A DNA stretch of 48,495 nucleotides. Origin: Burkholderiales bacterium (lineage in GTDB: Bacteria > Pseudomonadota > Gammaproteobacteria > Burkholderiales > JACQAP01). The position numbers were made by a program, and so were the translations under genes. The notes below the pieces were generated by a model. It worked only from the letters and a program-made list of their open reading frames with translations, ran no database searches and had not been told where the DNA came from. Location: NCBI GenBank assembly GCA_036384015.1, contig DASVNF010000232.1, positions 1 to 48,495 of the forward strand, in the 5' to 3' direction. Shown piece after piece: positions 8,262 to 15,576 of the stretch. Position 1 is the first letter of the stretch; the number at the start of each line of letters is the position of its first letter.

Positions 8262-9343
8262 CAGCCTGCGGAGGCGTAGCAGACGGCGAACCAGTTACGC
8301 TGGTCGGTCCAGGAGCTCACGTTGCGGAATCCGGCGTGTTGCAGCATGAGGCTGAAGTCCTCGAGACGGTACTTATAGCTGTTCTCGGTATGGATGCGTT
8401 CCCCGGCCTCGAAACGGCGCGATCCGCCGGGCCAGGTGACAACGACCTCGAGCCGCGTCTCGACGTGCATTTCCACGCGGGACAATTCCGCATCGAAGAA
8501 TCCGCAATGGCGCCAGTCGCGCAGGTCGAAATCAGACCCGAGCACCGCATTGACATGACTCAGCGCGTTCAGGTTGAACGCCGCGGTCACGCCCAGCGTA
8601 TCGTCGTAAGCGGCATCGATGATCGACTTGTCCTTGACCAGATCCACGCCGATCAGCAGGCCGCCATCGTCATCGCATTGACCACGCAGGCCGGCCAGGA
8701 ATTCCTGTGCGTCCTCGGGCGTGAGATTGCCGATCGACGATCCCGGAAAAAAGAACAGGCGTTTTCCCGCCGGGACGCTGCCGGGCAGCGCAACGCCGGC
8801 GGACATGTCCAGTCCCAGCGCGGTCATGGCGATCTCCGGATGGCGATGCTGCAGGCAGGAAAGGGCATCGCGCAGGTAATCGGCTGAAATGTCCACGGCA
8901 ACGTATCGCGACGGCCGCAGCGCGCCGAACAGCGCCCTGGCTTTCTCGCAGTTGCCGGCGCCGAGGTCGATCAATGTTGCCCCGGTACCGGTGGCTTGCG
9001 CGATTTCGCCGGCATGCCGCGCGAATATCGAAGCTTCGGTGCGGGTCGGATAGTACTCGGGCAGATGGGTGATGGCCTCGAACAGGCGCGAGCCGAGCGA
9101 ATCGTAAAAATACTTGGAGGAAATCCTGGCCGAGGGTGCGCTAAGGCCTGCGATCAGGTCCTGCCGTTCGTCCGCCGAGATCCGTTCCGCATCGACTGCT
9201 CGCACCCCCGATTCGTCGGTGCTCCTGCGGCCGGCGATCGGCGGCTGTTCCGCCCTGCGCCTTACCTGGCTGAAATATTTGCGGACGCCGTTTTTCTTGT
9301 GGAGGAGGGCAACCCGGCCTTCCCCTTGTTTCTCCTGCATCAT
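8261..9343 (-). CDS. egtD: L-histidine N-alpha-methyltransferase EgtD
   Basis: KYFYDSLGSRLFEAITHLPEYYPTRTE, LIDLGAGNCEKA (SAM motif) and FFPGSSIGN are EgtD hallmarks. AGGAG lies 8 nt upstream of the ATG at 9343. The N-terminal ~50 aa extension leaves an alternative internal start possible. Confidence 0.85.
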   Translation of the reverse strand: MMQEKQGEGRVALLHKKNGVRKYFSQVRRRAEQPPIAGRRSTDESGVRAVDAERISADERQDLIAGLSAPSARISSKYFYDSLGSRLFEAITHLPEYYPTRTEASIFARHAGEIAQATGTGATLIDLGAGNCEKARALFGALRPSRYVAVDISADYLRDALSCLQHRHPEIAMTALGLDMSAGVALPGSVPAGKRLFFFPGSSIGNLTPEDAQEFLAGLRGQCDDDGGLLIGVDLVKDKSIIDAAYDDTLGVTAAFNLNALSHVNAVLGSDFDLRDWRHCGFFDAELSRVEMHVETRLEVVVTWPGGSRRFEAGERIHTENSYKYRLEDFSLMLQHAGFRNVSSWTDQRNWFAVCYASAG

Positions 9344-9787
9344 CTGGTGGCTCCTTGCATGTTGTTGTCGAGCCGGGCAACCGACATGTTAGACCTTCCC
9401 GCGGAGTGCGTCTGCCCGAACCTGACCGCTCCCGTCATATGACTTATGTCCCGATACAACCACACTGATGAAGCCGGGATGCCATGTGTTGTACTGCTTT
9501 GCTCTGGTTGCTTTCTGACACCCTTCCGGCGGACCGGTTCGGAAAACTTTCGCCGTGCTCGAAATGCCACGGTCGCCCGGATGTGCCTTGTATTTTTGTC
9601 GTAAAAACGAGACGGCGGTTCGGGCAAATCGGTAAAACCGGCAACCGGACCGGCAATTTCAGGCATGAATTGCAAAGGGTCGCGCCGGGTGAGGAGAAGG
9701 GGGAAAGGGAAAGGGGAAAGGACTGACGGGCCGGTAAGACGCGCCAGCCGGCCGGTTGCCCTTCTCAGCGTACTTGCAAAGCTTGCG

Positions 9788-10186
9788 TCAGTCCGGGGTG
9801 AAGTTCATTGCCACCCCGTTGATGCAGTAGCGCAGATGAGTCGGCGGAGGGCCGTCCTCGAAGACGTGGCCGAGGTGGCTGCCGCAGGTCGCGCAATGGA
9901 CTTCGGTCCGGATCATGCCGTGCGATCGGTCGACCGTGGATTCCACGGCGCCCTCGATCGGATCGTCGAAACTGGGCCAGCCGGTTCCGCTTTCGAATTT
10001 GCGCTTGCCCTCGAACAGGGGGGTATTGCAGCCGGCGCAGGAGAATCTGCCGGGCCGTTTTTCCCTGAGCAACGCGCAGCTGCCGGGCCGTTCGGTGCCG
10101 TGCTCGCGCATGATGTAGAACTGCTCCGGCGTGAGAATGCGCTTCCACTCTTCGTCGCTATGGGTGACGGCGTATGCTTTTTCCAT
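9788..10186 (-). CDS. msrB: Peptide-methionine (R)-S-oxide reductase MsrB (cytoplasmic)
   Basis: MEKAYAVTHSDEEWKRILTPEQF..., two CxxC pairs (CAGC, CATC), GTGWPSF and RYCINGVA. The ORF-track TTG start at 10204 overlaps the GGAGG Shine-Dalgarno sequence, so the ATG at 10186 is preferred. Confidence 0.9.
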   Translation of the reverse strand: MEKAYAVTHSDEEWKRILTPEQFYIMREHGTERPGSCALLREKRPGRFSCAGCNTPLFEGKRKFESGTGWPSFDDPIEGAVESTVDRSHGMIRTEVHCATCGSHLGHVFEDGPPPTHLRYCINGVAMNFTPD

Positions 10187-10235
10187 GTCTGATGTTTCCT
10201 CCAACTGCTATTTTAGCGTCCGACCCGGCGCCCGA

Positions 10236-10727
10236 TCAGCCCGGGCCGGGCGTGAACGTCATCGCGATGCCGTTCATGCAATAGCGCAAGCCGGTCGGTG
10301 GCGGACCGTCGTCGAAGACGTGCCCGAGATGGCCGCCGCAGCGGCGGCAATGGACTTCCGTGCGCTTCATGCCGAACAGATTGTCTTCCGAGGTGCGGAC
10401 AGCGTCGTCGATGGGGGCCCAGAAGCTGGGCCAGCCGGTGCCGCTATCGAATTTCGTCCTGGATGAGTACAGGGGCAGCTTGCATCCGGCGCAGGCAAAT
10501 GTCCCCGCCCGGTGCTCCTTGTCGAGCGGGCTCGAGAAGGGGCGTTCCGTATTCTGCTTCCTCAGAACAGCGTATTGCGCCGGCGAGAGCAACTTGCGCC
10601 ATTCGGCGTCGGGGCGAGAAATTTCGAAGGATTCCGCCGCAGCTTCGGAGGGATTCATCCCGTGCTGCCTGGCAGCCAGGAATCCCAGGCCTCCCAGTCC
10701 GGCGAGCAGGAAATATCTTCGTTGCAT
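10236..10727 (-). CDS. msrB: MsrB paralog with N-terminal twin-arginine-type signal peptide (predicted periplasmic)
   Basis: ORF 10236..11534 trimmed to MQRRYFLLAGLGGLGFLAARQHG... (ATG 10727). RRxFLL plus a hydrophobic stretch resembles a Tat signal. The mature part has CAGC/CRRC, GTGWPSF and RYCMNGIA. Confidence 0.85.
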   Translation of the reverse strand: MQRRYFLLAGLGGLGFLAARQHGMNPSEAAAESFEISRPDAEWRKLLSPAQYAVLRKQNTERPFSSPLDKEHRAGTFACAGCKLPLYSSRTKFDSGTGWPSFWAPIDDAVRTSEDNLFGMKRTEVHCRRCGGHLGHVFDDGPPPTGLRYCMNGIAMTFTPGPG

Positions 10728-10891
10728 GGGCGTCGGGTCCTTCCTGAAAATCAACGGGTTCGGCGATCGGGGCCAACAGTCCCCTATACGTAAGGGCAGA
10801 TGCCCCGGATTCAACGATCTACCCGCCCTCAACCGGACCTTTTCTCTTTCCTCTCGTCTCTTTTCTCCGGGTCGCGGCCTCCGCCCCGCGA

Positions 10892-11644
10892 CTAGTACGT
10901 CGCCCGCCCGCCGCTGATATCGAACACCCCGCCCGTGGTGAAGGAACACTCTTCCGAGCACATCCACGCGACCATCGCCGCGAGTTCGTCGGTGGTGCCC
11001 ATGCGGCCCATCGGCGTCTGCTCGAGGATGTAGTCCACCGTTTTCTGCGGGAACGACTTGACCATTTCCGTATGGACGGCCGTTGGCGTGATGCAGTTGA
11101 CGATGACGCCATCCTTCGCGAGATCCTTGCCCAGCGCCTTTGTAAATCCGATCACCGCCGCTTTCGACGTGGAATACGGCGTGAGCGACGGGTTGCCGTT
11201 CTTGCCGGCGATCGAGGCCAAATTGACGATGCGGCCGTACTTCTGCGCGATCATGACCGGGATTACCGCGCGGCTGCAGAGATAGACGCCGTCGACGTTG
11301 ACCGCCATGATCTTGCGCCACTCGTCGAGCGGGTACTCCCAGCTGCGGCGGACGATGCCGGAGACGCCGGCGTTGTTGACCAGGATGTCGATGCGGCCAA
11401 GGGTTTTGTGCGCCGTCGCTGCGGCGGATTCGACCTGCGATTCGTCTGCCACATCGACGACGGCGGTAGTAACCTTTCCCTTCGCCTGCAGGCGCATCGC
11501 CTGCTCCTCCAGGCCCTTCCGTTCCGTGTCCCACATCGCGACGGCGGCGCCGGAGTCGAGCAGGCGTTCGGTGATGGCGAGGCCGAGGCCGCGCGCGGCG
11601 CCGGTGACGATGGCGACCCGGCCTTTCAGATCGATGCTGTTCAT
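10892..11644 (-). CDS. SDR family oxidoreductase
   Basis: ORF 10892..12094 trimmed to MNSIDLKGRVAIVTGAARGLG... (ATG 11644). TGxxxGxG, NNAG and YxxxK (YSTSK) motifs are present. 250 aa. Confidence 0.9.
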   Translation of the reverse strand: MNSIDLKGRVAIVTGAARGLGLAITERLLDSGAAVAMWDTERKGLEEQAMRLQAKGKVTTAVVDVADESQVESAAATAHKTLGRIDILVNNAGVSGIVRRSWEYPLDEWRKIMAVNVDGVYLCSRAVIPVMIAQKYGRIVNLASIAGKNGNPSLTPYSTSKAAVIGFTKALGKDLAKDGVIVNCITPTAVHTEMVKSFPQKTVDYILEQTPMGRMGTTDELAAMVAWMCSEECSFTTGGVFDISGGRATY

Positions 11645-12288
11645 CAGAATTTTCCGAACTTGAGATAGGCTTCCTGCGGATCCATGCCGCCGAGGATCGC
11701 CTTGCGCACCGTGCTCTCGGTCTTGAGCACCTGCTCGGTCTTGGTCACCACTTCTTCCGCGATCCTGCCAGGGATGATCACCACGCCATCCCGATCGGCG
11801 AGCAACCAGTCGCCCGTGCTGATGGTGACGCCGCCGATGGTCAACGGCTCGCCGAACCGGTCCGGCACCCAGCGGCCGACGATGTCCGCCGGTGTGTTGA
11901 AGCTGCAGAAAACCGGAAATCCCAGCTTGAGGATGAAATCCGTGTCGCGGCAGCCGCCGTCCACGACATAGCCGAGCACGCCCTTGTGGTGCAGCGTCTC
12001 GGCGGACAATTCGCCCATCAGCGCGACCATGTGCGTGTTCGGCTGGCACACCATGACTTTTCCCGACGGCGCCTTCGACAGCAACCCGGTCCACTGCACC
12101 AGGGTGTCATGCGCGTCGCGGGTCTGGTCGATGAAGCCGCTGACGGTATAGATCTCGCCGGCCAGTTTCTTCGTCGGGTCGAGGGGCTTGATGGTGTGGG
12201 GCAGCACGCAGTTCGGGTGGCCCATTGCCCGCAGCACGTCGTGGACGGCGGCGGCGTAGCATTTTTCGAGTCTTTTCGTCAGATCCAT
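11644..12288 (-). CDS. RraA family protein (HMG/CHA aldolase-like)
   Basis: 214 aa. The blocks GELSAETLHHKGVLGYVVDGGCRDTD and GDWLLADRDGVVIIP are typical of the RraA/demethylmenaquinone-methyltransferase-like fold. Confidence 0.75.
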   Translation of the reverse strand: MDLTKRLEKCYAAAVHDVLRAMGHPNCVLPHTIKPLDPTKKLAGEIYTVSGFIDQTRDAHDTLVQWTGLLSKAPSGKVMVCQPNTHMVALMGELSAETLHHKGVLGYVVDGGCRDTDFILKLGFPVFCSFNTPADIVGRWVPDRFGEPLTIGGVTISTGDWLLADRDGVVIIPGRIAEEVVTKTEQVLKTESTVRKAILGGMDPQEAYLKFGKF

Positions 12289-12327
12289 ATTGTTTTTCTC
12301 CTCCAGATAGCTACTGCATGTCTACAT

Positions 12328-12366
12328 TTCACCGCGAAGGCGCAAAGGAAGGCGAGAAGACAATGG
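12328..12366. repeat. Hairpin-repeat left arm B (unit GCGAAGG/GCAAAGG); partner arm decayed or absent
   Basis: TTCACCGCGAAGGCGCAAAGGAAGGCGAGAAGACAATGG matches the left-arm architecture of copies C-H. Only a weak remnant (CGTGTTTGCGTGGATAGG, about 12470-12487) is seen where a right arm would be. Confidence 0.5.
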
Positions 12367-12901
12367 TACAGATTTCGGCGGTGCGGCGAATTCAAGGGCT
12401 CCACGCAATGGAACCGGAAAGACTATGCTGAATCAATATTGCAACTACCGGGCCTGGCGGGGCATCATCGTGTTTGCGTGGATAGGAGAGGGCATATCCA
12501 CTCGTCTTGATGACGATGACAAAAAACTGAAAGGCGGCACTAGTGTGCATAGGCTGACGCCTCACCACCGGTTCGAGAACAAAGCTGGATGGCGTTACGT
12601 ATAGGCGCAGCAATGGCTAACCTTCGGCCAAGCGTGACCAGCGTGCCTCACGCGAAGTAGTTCCCCGTCAGGTCGAAAACCAATTGCCCCCAGGCGCAGA
12701 GCATGCGGTCGGGAATGCGCCCATCCAGGAACTGTCCTCAAAAAATCCGTAAGCGATCTGTAATGCCCCTGCCGGTAGCTTGTCAGGGTCCGGTCGTGCG
12801 CACGCGATCGCTTGACGTAACCAGCGGTTTTCCGGGGATTTAGGGTTGGCCGGGCCCGTGGTTGCAGTGGATGGAAGAAGACTTCTCTAAAGAGGCCTCG
12901 G

Positions 12902-13204
12902 ATGAAATGGGTATGGACCTGGAGCGGCAAGTATTTCGGATACATCGATGGCGACAATCTCTGGACTTACGACGGGAAACACGTCGGACAACTTTCGGGT
13001 GACGAGATCTACGGGCCCGACGGCAGTTACCTCGGCGAAGTCATGAACAAGAACCGGCTGATTACAAACCGTGCGAAGAAATCGTCGCGCGGGCCGGTGT
13101 TCGTTCCGTACGAGAGGCGGGATGGCTTCGGCAAGTCCACGGATGACAATTGCTATCCGGTGTACCGGGACCATGAGGATTTTCCACCGTCTGAAAGGTT
13201 CTGA
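12902..13204 (+). CDS. Small hypothetical protein, possibly of the 4-fold beta-flower type
   Basis: 100 aa, with repeated G-x-hydrophobic-G / IYGxDGxYLGE hairpin-like motifs (GKYFGYIDGDNLWTYDGKHVGQLSGDEIYGPDGSYLGEV). It is the only plausible ORF in a lower-GC patch. Family assignment is from memory only. Confidence 0.4.
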   Translation: MKWVWTWSGKYFGYIDGDNLWTYDGKHVGQLSGDEIYGPDGSYLGEVMNKNRLITNRAKKSSRGPVFVPYERRDGFGKSTDDNCYPVYRDHEDFPPSERF

Positions 13205-13442
13205 GCGAAGCTATCCTCCATTGCGGATATAGCCCGCTTCTGCAATCTTTCGGCGGTATTCGAGTTCGCCAGACTTAAAATGCGGAATCCGGCGTATGCC
13301 GAACCGCAGTTCGTTTGGCGGATCGCCTGAGATCGTACGCTGTCCCTTCCTTTGGCCAGACCGGCCTATACTTTCCAGTAGGCTCGGGCCGTGTTCAACA
13401 GCGGCACAGAGTGTAGTGCCAAAACCTGATTGGAATCCGCCC

Positions 13443-13976
13443 ATGAGTGTTACGAGCATCCGGGAAGCCATTGAAAATGTCAGTGCTGCCATTTCCACCG
13501 ACCCCTCCAAGGCTCGATCGAAGAACGCGCCGGCAACGGCGCGCCTGACTGCCGGCCTGCAGTGCGAAGTAAGTGGCCCGCATAACGAACGCCTTGTCAC
13601 CGATATGCCCCCGGCGATGGGAGGGGCAGCTTCCGGTCCGAATCCCGGATGGCTGCTGCGGGGTGCGCTGGCTTCCTGTACCGCGACCGTCATTGCGATG
13701 CGAGCGGCGAAGCTCGGAATGGTTCTGAGCAGTCTCGAAGTCACGGTCGAAAGCGATTCCGACAACCGCGGCATCCTCGGACTCGACGAGGACGTCTCGG
13801 CGGGACTCGCGAGCGTGCGCATGAAAGTGAAGATCGGCGCGCCGGAAGCATCTCCCGCAACCCTGCGGGAAATCGTGGCATGGGCCGACGCCCATTCTCC
13901 GGTCGGGTGCACGATGAGGCAGGCACCGGGATGTTCGCTTGATGTCGAGGTCGTGAGTGTCGAGGATTCAAATTGA
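13443..13976 (+). CDS. OsmC family peroxiredoxin-like protein
   Basis: ORF 13296..13976 trimmed to MSVTSIREAIENV... (ATG 13443). GPNPGWLLRGALASCTATVI and HSPVGCTM carry the two conserved Cys of OsmC/Ohr-like proteins. Confidence 0.8.
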   Translation: MSVTSIREAIENVSAAISTDPSKARSKNAPATARLTAGLQCEVSGPHNERLVTDMPPAMGGAASGPNPGWLLRGALASCTATVIAMRAAKLGMVLSSLEVTVESDSDNRGILGLDEDVSAGLASVRMKVKIGAPEASPATLREIVAWADAHSPVGCTMRQAPGCSLDVEVVSVEDSN

Positions 13977-14021
13977 GCTGGCACGGCCAGGCGCCATGTA
14001 CCTGCATAGACGGATAAGCTC

Positions 14022-14825
14022 ATGAGTCCCCCTGCACCCTTCTTCCGCGAAGCTGGAACCGGTTCCGGTGTTGTCTGCATCCACTCGAACGCGAGCACCT
14101 CGGGACAGTGGCGGGGACTCATGGATCTGCTCTCTCCGAAGTTCCACGTCCTTGCGCCCGATTCCTACGGTTCCGGCAAGAGTCCGGAATGGCCGTCGGA
14201 TCGGACGATCACTCTTCGCGACGAAGTGGCGCTCATCGAGCCGGTGCTTGCCGAAGCCGGTTCACCGCTGGCGCTGGTGGGCCATTCCTATGGCGGGGGG
14301 GTCGCGTTGGTTGCGGCGGTGATGAATCCCGGGCGGATTCGCGCTCTGGCGCTGTACGAACCGACATTGTTTGCTCTCATCGAACAGCAGGGCCCGTCGC
14401 CGAATGATGCGGACGGCATTCGCAACACCGTGGCGAACGCCAGCGTCGCGCTGGATGCGGGGAACCAGGACACCGCAGCTGAGTATTTCATCGACTACTG
14501 GATGGGCGCCGGAGCCTGGAAGCAAACACCGGATGCCCGCAAGCCGGCGATCGCCGCTTCGGTTGCAAACGTGCGCCGGTGGAAGCACGCATTGTTCACC
14601 GAGCCCACGTCGCTGGAGACCTTCCGGTCGCTCGATATTCCGGTGCTCTACATGGTGGGGAAGCGTTCGACAGCCGCAGCGCATGGCGTGGCGCGTCTTC
14701 TGACGGCTGCGTTGCCGCGAGTGGAAGTCATGGAGTTCGAAAAGCTCGGTCACATGGGACCGATCACGCATCCGGACCCGGTGAATGAAGCCATCGCCCG
14801 TTTCCTGGAACGGACCTCCGGCTAA
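14022..14825 (+). CDS. Alpha/beta hydrolase
   Basis: 267 aa. Nucleophile elbow GHSYGG, HSNASTSGQW N-terminal block and C-terminal GHMGP histidine motif. Confidence 0.85.
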   Translation: MSPPAPFFREAGTGSGVVCIHSNASTSGQWRGLMDLLSPKFHVLAPDSYGSGKSPEWPSDRTITLRDEVALIEPVLAEAGSPLALVGHSYGGGVALVAAVMNPGRIRALALYEPTLFALIEQQGPSPNDADGIRNTVANASVALDAGNQDTAAEYFIDYWMGAGAWKQTPDARKPAIAASVANVRRWKHALFTEPTSLETFRSLDIPVLYMVGKRSTAAAHGVARLLTAALPRVEVMEFEKLGHMGPITHPDPVNEAIARFLERTSG

Positions 14826-14864
14826 GCTGACGAAGTGCGGGATGCCTGGCCTGAGCGCGTCAGT

Positions 14865-15071
14865 TCAACCGACGATCCGGACGAGGCTTTTCAAGCTCTC
14901 GACGGATTTCCCGCCATTGGGCCATTCGACGCAGGCGCGATCCCCATATACCGCCTCGACCACCCCGTCCATCCGCTCCGGGCCGCCGAAGCTGCCTATG
15001 AGGTTGACCCGGGCGCGGGTCACGATTTCAGGACGGCGGGTGCTGATCACCGCCCGAAGTTTGGCAAGCAT
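14865..15071 (-). CDS. Hypothetical small protein (68 aa)
   Basis: ATG ORF with GC-rich third positions, 6 nt downstream of the DUF3563 gene. No Shine-Dalgarno sequence and no recognised family. GVVEAVYGDRACVEWPNGGKSV suggests a small beta-barrel. Confidence 0.3.
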   Translation of the reverse strand: MLAKLRAVISTRRPEIVTRARVNLIGSFGGPERMDGVVEAVYGDRACVEWPNGGKSVESLKSLVRIVG

Positions 15072-15077
15072 GCGCGA

Positions 15078-15233
15078 TTACCAGAAATTGGTGGAACGGG
15101 AATCCAGCGATCGCAATCGGCGTTCCAGGTCCGCCACGTTCTGCGATTCCGCCAGGTAGGCGTCGCGACGTTTTGCATCCAGTTCGCTGAAGAAATTCTC
15201 GATCGAGATGAAGACTTTCTCTAGCACGTTCAT
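15078..15233 (-). CDS. DUF3563-like small protein (51 aa)
   Basis: ORF 15078..15293 trimmed to MNVLEKVFISIENFFSELDAKRRDAYLAESQNVADLERRLRSLD... (ATG 15233), with GGAG 6 nt upstream. The DAYLAxSxxxxDLERRxRxL block resembles DUF3563 of Burkholderiales. Confidence 0.55.
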   Translation of the reverse strand: MNVLEKVFISIENFFSELDAKRRDAYLAESQNVADLERRLRSLDSRSTNFW

Positions 15234-15576
15234 GGTATCTCCAGTCAGTAAATGATGCTGCGCACCATCCGAGACGAAAGCGATCCTGCGCATTCAGTTC
15301 TGCAGCTCCTACTCCGGATCTTCTCAATGAAACTTTAAAAATCATGAGCTAAACAAATTGCACACGCGCTTGACGGTCTCGTCTGGCCAACAGCCTGATA
15401 CATTGTGCAACAAAATTTGACGCAACGCAATAAATGTTTGCCTATCAGGGGTTTGAAGCGCCGGAGGAGCCGGTTCGAAGAGAAAAGAGAAAAGAGAAGG
15501 GGCCACCACAAGCAGGGCAGGACCGCAGGCACGGGTTGGAGACAGCAACTCATTTCACATAAGTGGGGAGGGGTGC

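Noticed and set aside
9344-9787. SAM/SAH-type riboswitch upstream of the SAM-dependent egtD
   Set aside because: I could not find the conserved cores of the SAM-I, SAM-II, SAM/SAH or SAH riboswitches by eye. The idea is left as an open region rather than a call.
10236-12094. Long N-terminal extensions of ORFs 10236..11534 (432 aa) and 10892..12094 (400 aa)
   Set aside because: The extensions are low-complexity R/G/P-rich and overlap well-supported genes in other frames. Internal ATGs at 10727 and 11644 give full-length MsrB and SDR proteins with proper spacing to their neighbours.
12595-12957. A 120-aa reverse ORF, and other frames in the 12.3-12.9 kb patch, considered as a transposase or toxin pseudogene
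   Set aside because: All three reverse frames were translated by hand. There is no start-anchored frame with normal composition and no motif I recognise. The region is retained only as a possible decayed remnant in the findings.
13211-14122. A 303-aa reverse-strand ORF across the osmC region
   Set aside because: It is antisense to a clear OsmC gene and to the start of the hydrolase gene, has no recognisable domain, and its composition is typical of a shadow ORF. Only its last ~25 aa (13211-13290) lie in non-coding DNA.
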